Positions 52,701-64,000 of a DNA stretch of 64,000 bases are shown piece after piece (the stretch's first letter is position 1; the number at the start of each line of letters is the position of its first letter). The notes under the pieces are model-generated. The model ran no database searches. It was not told the DNA's origin and worked only from the letters and a program-made list of their open reading frames with translations. The DNA comes from Psammoneis japonica (lineage: Eukaryota). Both the position numbers and the translations under genes were made by a program. Location: contig QPGO01000141.1 in assembly GCA_008632985.1 (NCBI GenBank), positions 124,001-188,000 of the forward strand, written 5' to 3'.

Positions 52701-55700
52701 AAACAACAAACACTAGATGTGCGCGCTGCGCCGTGCCAATTAGATCAGCGAGGCCTGCGCACAAATTGTGTCTTGGGTGCGGAATGAGTGCACATGTACG
52801 TTGGAATGTGACGCGGATTTTGATGAGGCTTTTTTCGTTTTGCACCGTGTTGTTCACATTGGGGTGTCCCGAAAATCAAATCGGATGGAAATCAGAGGCA
52901 AATCAGCCAGATTTGACCCCAATGGTCATCCGCACGCGTGCCTGCACCAGCCTGTTTTGCGTCTGCTGACAAATCAGGCTGATGGCAGGATCCATGCAAG
53001 CACACACCAGAAATCCTCTTGCAGAAGCCATGAGAAGTGGCTGGTGTTCAACAAAAAAAGAGAACTTCAACGTGGTTGTGCTGGATTCCCTCTCAGAATT
53101 CACAAAAACAACAAACATCACTCTGTTGCGTCTGTTGTTGTCAACCACAATGTTGAACTTGCCGTGGCGTGGCAAGCCTCTGCCACCTCTCCCAATGCCA
53201 CAGAAGCTGAAAGACGTGAACTTGTGGCCAGTGCAGCTTTGAGACGTCAGGTTCAGGCTGAAGAAATGAACAATTCAGAAGCAAACAACCAAGAAGAGGA
53301 AAGCGTGTCACACATGAACGCATCCCGTGTCAGCAATTCGGGTCCCCATGCTGCAACCAGTGGGGATGAATTTGATGGAGAAGGCATGTCATTGTCTGAA
53401 TCTGTTGACAACAGTGCTGCTGAGGAAGTTGCTGCAGCTGTCACTCCCACTCAGTCTCAGGAGAAACATCAACAGGAGCCCTCCACGGCTGAAGAAGTTC
53501 TGCACACTCCCGAGCACGCAAGGCAAGACGAGGAGGCCATGCAGCATTTTGATTGAGTCATTCACGAATTTGCTGAAGAAGACCCTGTTGAGTTTCATGA
53601 AGCCACACATGAACGGTCATCTGCACAGAATCTTTTGGACACTCAAGTGACTGTCGACGAGGGAGGGAAGACCGGCACGTGCCGCGATCCGAAAACAGGG
53701 AAAATTGTGTCTGCAGACTTGAAGCATCCACACAAAGAAGTCCACAGCCGATTGAAGAGAGAGGCAAGAATGCAGGCTGAAGCATGCAGGAAGAGAGAAC
53801 CACTCAGATGAGCTGTCAATGACAGAGCAAGAAAAAGTGCGTGCTTTTCTGCATCGTGAATGTTGCAATGTCATTTTGTTCTGGCCTGTTGTCTGACAAC
53901 ATTGTTGCCAAGATCTGAGATGGGGGGGATGCCTGTGCAAAGGTCTCTTGAAACGACATGCAACCTCCCAGATGAATGCTTTGGCAGGGTGGACAACACA
54001 GCTGAGCATGTCCATGCTGAAGGCATGTGTCCAGAACCAAGGTCTTTGTCTGCCACCAGGGCTCAAGGTTTCGTCAACGGCCTGCTGAACCCAACAGAGT
54101 CTGAATGGGCTGGAGATCCAACTGCTGGAAATGTTGTGGATCTACTTGGTGCATCCTCCAGCAGCATTGATGTGTTCTCATTCCCAAGACACCCTCATCC
54201 ACGACGTCCGCGCATGCAAGAAGAGTCGTCTTCCTCCAATTCCACCTCTGCCGACGACCATCTGCTGCTTCAAGATGGCAGGTGCACTGGGAGGGCCAGC
54301 ACATGGGTGTCTCGCCCAACTCTTGGCACCTTCCTGGACAACGACAAAGAAGAAGCAGCTCTCCTTTTCATTTTGAAGGCTGCCAAGCAAAAGGGGTTCA
54401 ACAAAAGCCTTGTCCATGGAAAGTGCATCAAGTTTCTTTGTGACCCAGTGGATGGGGGCCTCTTTGACAGGAGTCGTCATGGGCCTCTCAGCAACTTCAC
54501 TCCAATCACTGTGGACACCCTCAGGAAAAAGTTGAAAGAGGCTGAGACTGTTTGTAGGAGCAGGTGCTGCTCGCAAGGTTCCCACAGCACCGACACCACT
54601 GGGGCAGAGGGAGAGGCCACACCTGAGTTTGGCCGACTGTTTGTGGAGTTTTTCCGGCACCAGGAGCTCCAGTCAAGCTTGTCCTCCTCCCGTCGTCGAT
54701 CTGCCAACGCTGAGGCTGCACGAGACAACAGGATCAGGTGTGTGAAGCGATTGTTTGTGCGTGTCATTTTCTGCAGCATCTCTCACAACATTCTGATGCC
54801 TCTCACAAGGGTGGAATGAAGCACAATTGGAGCAATGGCTCCTCTTGGCAAGCCTGGACAGGTGCTCCGGTGGGAGACCACTCGTGGCACCTCTGCCAGT
54901 TCCTTGTTTGCGGCATCACAGGACATTGGCTGTGGCCTCACCCAACAAATCAAGCCTTTGGATCCTGCTCAATCCCAAGGCTCAGCAGTTCAAACATGGA
55001 GTCCCCATGTCGTACAAGGAGAGGCCGCCCCCCAGCTCCACGCCGCACACACAGCCTGGAGTCATCTCCAGGAGGAACGTCAAGCCACATTCCAACTCGG
55101 ATGAGCAGTTTTTGCCGGGGGCACATGTTGCAGCATTCAAGAGCAACTTGCAAGATGTGGTGCAAATGACACACAGCACATCCACAGCGCCTCCTGCAGC
55201 AGCTGTTTGTCCATTTGCCACCATTTTGTCGGACATTTCGAATGTGCAGAACCAACGCGATCAGGCTGAAAATCGTGGAGAGAGCACCGAAAGCTTTGAC
55301 TTTTACCTGGAAGTGCTCGAGAATGAGGTCAAAGCTTGCAATGCAGCACAGCAGTGTGCCCCACAGCAGCATCTATTTTCCTTGCACTCTTCTGAAGAAA
55401 ACGAAAACCAAGAGAACAGCTGCACCGGTTAGACCCGCAGTTGCGCGCCAAGATCCTGGCGCGATTTGCTCAACCAGTTGTTGCTTTACAAGCACTTAGA
55501 ATTGCAGGACAATCAACAGCAACAACATTGTGTGTAGAACGATGGCTTGCTTGTGGTGACACTGTCATTCCCACACCCCCATTGGATCGGAGTTGGCATT
55601 CAGACATCCAAACGACCTGCAGTTTTGCGCCAAAATCCCAGCAGGATTTGATCAACTGGTCATTGCTTTGCAAGCACTCAGAACTGTGGGACAATCAACA

Positions 55701-55709
55701 TCAATGACA

Positions 55710-56825
55710 TCATCTGCAGAACCACAGCTTTCCAATGGTGTTGCTTTCGTTTCCATGCGCCCAGCAGATCAAATTTGGCATTGAGACATCCAAACGCCCC
55801 CGTGGTTGCGCGCCAAAATCCCACCGCGATTTGATCGACCAGTCATTGCTTTGCAAGCACTTGGAAGCATGGGGCATGGCCCGCAATCCAAAGGTCCCGG
55901 GCTGGGTTTCATTTATGCCACAGCAGCAATTCAAAAGAAAGAAGGATGAGAACAGCAGCTTCAAAATGCAGTCGCCACTGATGAACAGACGCAAATGGGA
56001 TGGGTCGTGAAATGCACCAACGAGATTGCGGTGGTCGGCAAAGGTGTGCTCCTCCAACTCTCTTGACCCTGCCATGGCAGAGTTGACATTCATTTCAAAC
56101 CAATCTGGGTCCCGACAGCGAGGAACAACAGCTGGCAAATCTTGAGCAAAAATTTCATCAGCATGCGGGGATGGGAGAAAAAGACGATGCGGCGGCAGGG
56201 CGTGTGGAGCTAGAATTTCCTCGAGATGGCCACTCAGATTGCTCATGTTCATCACTCCATTGTCATGACGCAAAGAAGCAATCCAAATGCTTCCTGTCAT
56301 TCCATTGGGAAGAAAAACTGCTTGCACTTTGAGACCATGAGCTCTGAAATGCATGCTGCAGCGACGGAAAACATGCACAAAGAATTGAGAAAGAGTGAGA
56401 AAGATGTTGACGACGGTTTGACAATCAACACATTTTTAGAAAGGACAACTCCACCCACAGAAAGCTTGTTGCATGTCATCTGTGAAGCCCCAGCGCCGTC
56501 TTGGTGAATCCCAGGGCGAGCCGTTGGAACACCCGTGTAAAAATCCAAATGTTCGGAAGGTCAAAAATGGCAACACTGTGTGCATGAGTTGACCAAAGGT
56601 GGCAAATCCACTGCCATCATCCACTTCTTGCAGAGAGGCCCTGCGAACCAGTTTGCTCCAAATCGCAAAACGAAATTTTGTGATGTGAGGCAGCCACATG
56701 TTCATCGACCGGCTGCTTGTCTTGGGGCAGAAAGTTCCATGCAAGTGTTCTGCCATGAATCGCATGATGCAAGTGAAGCGTCGTGGGTTGCCACCAAAAG
56801 CATCTCCAGCCATGGTGGTGCATGT
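55710..56825 (-). pseudogene. Harbinger transposase relic, copy 3 (C-terminal part only)
   Basis: Matches 15095-16212, then breaks abruptly. Confidence 0.8.
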
Positions 56826-58575
56826 CAGCCGCAAATGGGAGGGGTCATGAGGTGCACCAACGAGATTGCGGTTGTCGGCAAAGGCATGCTCCTCCAACTC
56901 TCTCAACCCTGCCACAGCAGAGTTGACATTCATTTCAAACCAATCTGGGTCCCAACAGCAAGGGACAACAGCTGGCAAATCTTGAGCAAAAATTCCATCA
57001 GCATGCGGGGATGGGAGAAAAAGACGATGCAGCGGCAGGGCGTGCAGAGCTAGAATTTCCTCGAGATGGCCGCTCAGATTGCTCATGTTCGTCATTCCAT
57101 TGTCATCATGACGCGAAGAAGCAATCCAAATGCTTCCTGTCATTCCATTGGGAAGAAAAACTGCTTGCACTTTGAGACTGTGGGCTCTGAAATGCATGCT
57201 GCAGCGACGGAAAACATGCACAAAGAATTGAGAAAGAGTGAGAAAGATGTTGACGATGGTTTGACAATCAACACATTTTCAGAAAGGACAACTCCACCCA
57301 CAGAAAGCTCGTTGCATGTCATCTGTGAAGCCCCAGTGCCGTCTTTGTGAATCCCCAGGGCGAGCCGTTGGAACACCCGTGTCGTCCACAAATCCAAATG
57401 GTTGGAAGGTCAAAAATGGCAACACTGTGTGCACGAGTTGACCGAAGGTGGCAAATCTGCTGCCATCATCCACTTCTTGCAGAGAGGCCCTGCGAACCAA
57501 TTCACTCCAAATCGCAAAATGAAATTTTGTGATGTGAGGTAGCCACATTTTCATCGACCGGCTGCTTGTCTTGAGGCAGAAAGTTCCACGCAAGTGTTCT
57601 GCCATGAATCGCATGATGCAAGTGAAGCATCGTGGGTTGCCACCAAAAGCATCTCCAGCCATGGTGGTGCATGTGTGCCCAGATCGAAGGTGACACAAGA
57701 AAATGATGACAACCTCCTCGCGCTCAAAAACACAACCTTGACACCTCACAACCGCTGGAGCGCGAAGGTGACGCATGAGTTTCTGCAGTTTTCGGCGGTT
57801 GCAACCTGTGAAACTGCAGCATTCATGTGGAGTGAGACTGTTGACTGTCCTTTTCTGCTCCAACAAAAATCTCTCCTGTCTTCTGTGAAAGAAACAACAA
57901 TCTTCAAAGTTGGGCAGCAACATCATCGTGTGGCACTTGCACCATGCCAGCAAAGTGAAAAAAGTCTTGAACGCCGCTGCTTCTCGGAAGCACTGAACTG
58001 CATTCCTTCGCTTCTTTTCAATTGAAACAACAAGCATGAACAAGAACAAAAGCAATGCATGACAGTGTGACATCATCGTCAGACGCGTTCCAGGTCTAGG
58101 TGGGACCTCGCACTGCTGAACTGTGACATCGACAGTTTTTTGAATCGCGTCGTATGTCGTGCACGTACATTTCTACGTGATTTTGGCGAAATTTTGTGTG
58201 ATTTTATAGCACATTTGTCAGGCTGTCCATTGATCAACTTTTAACATTTTTTTCTTCTGCGCCATTCTCGAGTGTCTTAAGAATGGCGCAGGGCAGGCGC
58301 ATTGTCCAAAACTTCGAGTGCGAACAGGGACAGATGCACTGCAAACTTGGCCGTTTTTTTTGTGTCGAAGACAAATGTGTCCATTGGCCAGAGTACGAAC
58401 TGCAGAGCTCGCACGCAGAATTCTGCGGGGCAAATGTCACAAAAAGTCCCACCTGGGACTGGAACCCGTCGTCATTGCAACAGTGCAGTGGCCGGCCATT
58501 TCTCGTGCATCTGATGCCGTCAAGCCATCGCCATGGTGCAGCCAGTTGGTGCGGCGCACTGCTCGCCTTCTGCCC
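56826..58575 (-). pseudogene. Second, diverged Harbinger transposase relic, interrupted by a MITE
   Basis: Paralogous to ~15372-16715 with many substitutions; keeps FGFVDDTG and HADGIF. Confidence 0.82.
58082..58470. mobile_element. 389-bp MITE with 25-bp imperfect TIRs and 4-bp target duplication GTCA
   Basis: Left TIR gacgcgttccaggtctaggtgggac (58082-58106), right TIR gtcccacctgggactggaacccgtc (58446-58470); gtca at 58078-81 and 58471-74; empty site at ~16612-16622 and ~36912-36922. Confidence 0.9.
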
Positions 58576-59576
58576 ATGCCATCCTCTCAGCATCATCTTG
58601 GCCGTCATCAGCATCACCAGAAGAAACATCCTCATGACTGCGTCGCCTGAGATTGACAGCATCATCGTCTTGGCTCATCATCTTGCTCGGCTGCGGCCTG
58701 CGGGTTCAAACAAAGCAGCGCAAGAAATTGTCCGTGGAGCAGCAACACAGAAAAGAGAGTTTGACACAGTCAATGCAGTCATTCGAATGAGGGACTGTGT
58801 TTTGCGTGATTCAAGGGGGACCGCCGACCCATTTTTTCCGCATTTGTCCTAAAATTGGCAATGTGTTTGAGCGCGTTTGTTTGCAATTGTCAACTTTAAA
58901 TGCAAGAGTTGTTCGATCGCCCACAAAAACGAGAACATCAGGCACCACGATCAAAGCACGACGATGATGGCAATTGCGCCATCTCTCAAAATTGGCCCAG
59001 TGGCACGAGGGACGAAAGCACACAAATCAATCTGCACCGCATGACGACAGTGAAACCAATGTGTGCCCCTCGTGAGGCGATGCTTTGCAACTCACTGCTC
59101 ATCGCGAACATCATCATTGTCGCCCGTGCTTTTGTCGTGTTGTTTTCTGTCGCGACCCGTCAAAAACGTGTAAAAACCCGGAAAAGACGTGCGAAAAAAA
59201 AGAGCCAACGGCCCGCCTCAAATGGAAATTTGACAGAAAAGGAATTTGGAATGTTTCACATTTTCGATTTCTCTGATCCCCTGCCGCGCGCGTCGTCAGC
59301 AACGCGCTTTTCGGGACACCCAGAACTCAGCGGCGTGTGGGAGGCCGCGCGGTGCGCTGAAACGCGTCCGATTTGCGTCCGGAACCGCATTTTCGGGACA
59401 CCCTATTCCGTTTTGAGGCCTTTCGCGACGGAGTCGCGCACACATTCCGTGCGATTCCGTGGATTCTCGTTTCCTGTGTAAAACAAATAACAGCTCCAAC
59501 AGCAATAAACGAGATACGAGACAGTCGGCAGTCGAACACACCACGAGTCGAAGCAGGAGTGCCGCTATTATGGCGC

Positions 59577-60440
59577 ATGAATAAGGAAATTGCACTCATG
59601 GAAGATCACCGCCTTGACGAAGACGCCGATGGCTTCGAAGAGCATTTCAACGAGGCTGATGACGATGCATTTCCTCATATACAACAGTACTACGCCTCGT
59701 TGACCCCAGATTTGCGAGGAGAGGGATATTTCGATACCCGCCTTGTCAGCTTTCACAAAGGCCCAAATATACCTGAAGAGCGGTACTTTTGTTCCCATCC
59801 CAAGTCACTATCCTACCTGAATGGTGATCCTCGAAGGACTCCAGCAGATCATCCGCTCAGAGCCATCGCTTGGGTCCTTGACGCTGCTCCACTTAATTCT
59901 GTGGTGCGCCTTTTCTGCTACTCTCTGACAGATCCGATAGCGATTGATTTGCTCGTTCATGCCGGATCGTCGCGTGATGTCAGAGTTATCCTTCATCCAA
60001 ATGACAAGAGTAAAAGAGCATTGGAAGAATTTGTTGATCAACATGGGAAAAGTGCTTTTCTCGAAAACATGGAAATTCGTCTAGCAAACCTAACAGGCTC
60101 CCCGTGCGAATCGAGTAAGGTCCAAATGCATGAGAAATCCCTTATTACGGATACATACACCGTTATTGGAAGTTACAACCTGTCGAGCTTTGCCCGCGTA
60201 GGAAATTGGGAGTCAATTTGCGTGGTGGATACACCGCCCAAATGTCAAGCCAACTTTGACGGCATCTGGGACAACATTTCCAATCGACAAGTTGAGAAGC
60301 TTTATGCCAATTTACAGAGCACAGTAGTTGGTCCTCGACGACGGGCCCGTGCTGCTGCACGAGAAGCAGAGGATGCGCGGCGACAACAGGCTGCCAGAAA
60401 CCGCAAGGCCCAGGAACAAAGCTTAACTACCACTCATTGA
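59577..60440 (+). CDS. Single-HKD phospholipase D-family (Nuc / Zucchini-like) putative nuclease, intact, 287 aa, copy 3
   Basis: MHEKSLITD..VIGSYNLS....NWE fits HxKxxxxD-GSxN-NxE; upstream VRLFCYSLTD and DVRVIL segments fit the Nuc-type fold. Confidence 0.8.
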   Translation: MNKEIALMEDHRLDEDADGFEEHFNEADDDAFPHIQQYYASLTPDLRGEGYFDTRLVSFHKGPNIPEERYFCSHPKSLSYLNGDPRRTPADHPLRAIAWVLDAAPLNSVVRLFCYSLTDPIAIDLLVHAGSSRDVRVILHPNDKSKRALEEFVDQHGKSAFLENMEIRLANLTGSPCESSKVQMHEKSLITDTYTVIGSYNLSSFARVGNWESICVVDTPPKCQANFDGIWDNISNRQVEKLYANLQSTVVGPRRRARAAAREAEDARRQQAARNRKAQEQSLTTTH

Positions 60441-60671
60441 ATTTGAGCTCCATGATGCTTTTTTAATATCTGTAAGAAGCTGGAGTTATGGTGGTCCGCG
60501 GTGCAGATAGGCTACCGCAGCCGTCTCCACCTTTCGTGGACTCGAATACAGGATGCACGAAGGCGCCAACAACCGCCGGGAGAACAAGTACCGGGCGTGT
60601 AACCAGGTGCCTCACTGGCGAGCACAACATTTCCATTGCCACTCAACGACACGAACTTTGACTCTTACACA

Positions 60672-61960
60672 AGACGCCAAGATACTTTAGCAGTAACGCA
60701 ATGTGGAGCTGCAGCTATTGCCTTTTTAAAGGTGAGGTGTACAGGATACAGAGTACTGTATGTTGGTATGTTTGTTCTCAACCACCGCACTCTCACGCAA
60801 TAAGAGTACTTGTTGTTTCAATCTATTAACGGAGTTCTTCCCGCCGCAACAGCCTTTATTGTACTTTGCTCGAAAATGGCATCGGTCATGAGCAAGTCGA
60901 AGCTCTTTTATTCGACCTGTATACCCGTTTTCTTCTTTTTCCTACATCTCTTTGATGCATGGATTTATCCCAATTCCAACCGGATCCACCCATCCTTGGA
61001 AACGGGGCTGTCGTGGTTGCCCCAGCGAAATGTGTTGGCCGAAATTCGCAGCCATTAGACATCTTGTTTGTTTTATATTGTGACGAAAATTTACTCGTCC
61101 GTCTCGGTCGGACTCTTGTTTTGGCAATTTGCGAATGACGTTGTGTCCGTCGAACAAGCCATAAGCGTTTTTGTCTACTCTTTGCTCAAATGAGTAGACT
61201 GGTTCCCGTCGTGGCGGGACAATATGTTGTGCGGTATACCAGTCAATCCGAATCCTTTGCGGTGAGTTTGCACCGACTCGCGGCAGCCGTGAGTTTTGCG
61301 GGAGTCATGATTTGTGCCTCTCATCATGCGAGTCGAACGTATATAAAACAGCAAGCACAAGAAGAGCAAGCTTCGTTATCCAATAATACCAAAGAGACGA
61401 CGCCAGTATCTACACCAAAGAAACCTAAAGCATGGGGGGAATCGGCAAAGTTCCTGGCATCCTCGCAGTATCTGAGACTGATTGCCGCATTGGTGCGGGT
61501 GTACGGACTGTCGATTCATTAAAAAGAAAAAGTATCCCGATCCGCTCGATTATCAACGATTCCTATCAGCGTGCATTGTCATTTTCTTTGGCGTGCACGT
61601 GATTCGAATCTTGGGATGGAGGGTGGGTGACATGACGAAATCATGGCTGTACTTGCATCACCATTCTTTGCTCGCATCTTATTGGATCTCGACGGCAGCC
61701 AGGATCTTTACTAAGCAAGACGTCCAAATACGCACTCTTTGATCCCACGACACCAATGGCGTACAGTGCACTCGACGAGGAATCCAAGGTCAAGGGCAAG
61801 GCTGCGATTGATGTATTGGGATTGCGTATTGGCAAGAGCGGCGGCTCGTTAGTTCAACAAGGGTTGGTAGTGTTGTTTGGAAACATTATTGATGCGGCGC
61901 CCGTGGTTGTCGTGATTTATAAAACCGTCTTGTTGGGGTGGATGGGCGCGGCTAAAGACT
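60672..61960 (+). pseudogene. NTT/TLC transporter pseudogene, copy 3
   Basis: As copy 1. Confidence 0.83.
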
Positions 61961-62418
61961 ACAGTGTAGAACAAAAGCGTTGTTTTCTTTTTAGAACTGA
62001 TACCGTATCTACAAACAAAGTGTAGAACAAAAGCGTTGGTTGTTTTAGAACGGATACCGTATCTACAAACAAATTGTCACTCGGACCTACAGCGCTAAAA
62101 AATCAGGAATCTTGTTATAGCCGCAAGTAGTGTTTGTAGTGGCAGGTGCCAACGTAATTCTGGACGAGGAGCTGCGTCTCTCCACATTTGATGGACTAAT
62201 GTAGCAAAAGCTTGTTGAAATTGCTCTTCATCTTGATGACATCGTTGTCATCGTTGTTTGGGACTGACGCACCGTTGACCAATGCTCCTTGTCTGCCAAC
62301 AACTGCACGTAGAGATGCCAGCAGGCGCTGAAGGAGCACTTGCTCCATGCAAAGATCTCTTGGTCCTTTTTCTTGTTGCATGGCGGAGCACCAAATGCGG
62401 TTGATGGTGCTTCATTGG

Positions 62419-64000
62419 AACACTTCTCATCTCAAAATGGCTCAGAGCAGCAGATACAATTATGTATTGTTGTACGTGGCGTGTTGTGTGTATCGACTCG
62501 GCAACGCCTGCCATGGTTGCTTTATACGCAATTTGATCCAGATGAGTATTGGCAAAGCTTGGAGCCAGCATACTGTCGAGTGTTTTCTTCTCAAAACAAC
62601 AATTGCGCACTCACGTGGGAATGGCTTGGAGATGAACCGATACGATCCTACGTATCGATACTACCAACGTTTCTGTTTTACAAGACTGTATCTGCGTTGC
62701 AACACTTTCTTAAAGATGCTACAATTTCGTGGCTTGTTTCGAGAGGACCGTTGTATTTGCATGCGATACTCGTTACAGCACCAACCGACTTGTGTATCTA
62801 CTATTTGTCATCGTGTGAAGGGTGGTGTTTGTTTTGTTCCCTGACGAGTTGGTTTCATGGATACGCTCTGGCACGAACCTCTATAGCAATTCTCTAGAAA
62901 CTTTGTTGCTTTTGATGGGTCTGGTGCTAATTCAAAAGAAACAACAAACAAATTTGGCTTTCCTTTTGGGTGGAATCAGTGTATCGATTCGATTTACAGC
63001 CTTGGCGGCTTGGATTCCACTCGGAATGTACTTGGCATTTTTTCAACAAGAAAACAAACGAACGTCGATACGAAATTTGGTAACGTTTTTGTTTTATCCC
63101 TGTGCCATTTTTGGATTGCTCGGGGTGTTTGCCGCCATGGTGGTGGATTATCATTTTTACGGGAAACAATGGACCTTTACACTGTTGAACAATATTGTCT
63201 TTAATGTTGTGGAGAACAGTGGAGCCTTGTATGGGACTCACTCGTGGCATTGGTACTTGACGGGAGGAATACCGGCCATTACGGGTACCATGTTTCTCTT
63301 GTTGGTTTGGGATCTTACGGATCTCTTGACGGTCATACCACAACGAAAAGACAATAAGAGACGCATGCAACGAAAACAGCTATGGACCATTATTGGATGT
63401 TATACGCTGCTGCATTCCTGTAATGCGCACAAGGAGTTTCGCTTTCTCTTGCCCATACTACCGCTCTGTTGTATCTTGGCGGGGTATCGAATGAAACTCT
63501 TGTACTTGATGCGTACCTCTGTGCTTGTGGATTCTTCGAGCAGATCCTTTCTCAAAGAAAAAGTGGCAAGCTACAAGGTGGTTTTGATTGTCATGATTAC
63601 CGTCCCAATCCAGTTGAACCTTCTACCCATGCTGTACCTTTCACAAGTTCATCAACGATCACCCATTTCGGTCAATCGATACATTGTCGAGTCCTTGTTG
63701 AAAACAGACTCAACCTTGTTGTCGTCTTCCAATGTCGATATTCATTATCTCATGGGATGTCATTCGACTCCGGCGTATAGCCATTTGCACGTACCGAAAC
63801 GACCCGTGACAATTTGGACCTTGGATTGTTCACCCAATTGTCGTCGAGCAAAGAATTGTGAGAGCGATGCATTCTTGACGGACCCCAAAAGCTTTGTATA
63901 CGATCATTATCGGGCCTTGCAAAAAGAGGATATTTGCAAAGGCAGTAACGAGACGAAGAATACGTGTCGAGCCGACACTGCTTCTAATACATTAGCACAT
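62419..64000 (+). repeat. Start of copy 4, or the terminal PIG-B paralog (runs off the window)
   Basis: Fourth PIG-B sequence preceded by the same upstream sequence as copies 2 and 3. Confidence 0.85.
62437..64000 (+). pseudogene. PIGB: PIG-B, partial and chimeric (type-B 5' part, copy-1-like 3' part), frameshifted
   Basis: Same +4 insertion, extra 2 nt at ~62880; from ~63390 diagnostic bases match copy 1 (attattggatg, cccatactacc, tcggtcaatcgatac, tccaatgtc). Confidence 0.8.

Larger units (their letters stand above)
50649..59478. mobile_element. TIR transposon, copy 3 (mosaic with a diverged family member)
   Basis: Same TIR pair; 56826-59210 is replaced by paralogous sequence. Confidence 0.72.
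41778..62418 (+). repeat. Tandem segmental repeat unit, copy 3 (internally rearranged at 56826-59210)
   Basis: Near-identical to copies 1 and 2 except for a replaced segment inside the transposon. Confidence 0.95.

Overview
Eukaryotic nuclear DNA, most likely a diatom (inferred from a CoDi-type Ty1/copia gag, an NTT/TLC nucleotide transporter and the intron style). The window is about 3.1 tandem copies of a ~20.3 kb unit (starts ~1189, ~21485, ~41778, ~62419). Unit order: PIG-B GPI mannosyltransferase, FG-GAP repeat relic, truncated copia gag, a degenerate ORF fused to a PP2C fragment, an ~8.5 kb TIR transposon with a PIF/Harbinger DDE transposase, a single-HKD PLD/Nuc-type nuclease gene, and an NTT pseudogene. 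The main result is a targeted hypermutation signature. Transposon-derived DNA has lost nearly all TpA dinucleotides by TA>TG / TA>CA transitions (A>G on either strand), the reverse of fungal RIP. YTAR contexts are mostly spared, and CpG decay co-occurs. The near-identical copies show the process in progress: in copy 2 only, it has spread ~1.8 kb past the transposon TIR into the PLD gene (~34 TpA changes by manual count), while copies 1 and 3 keep the ancestral sequence. All counts are manual and all family assignments come from motif recognition, not database searches.
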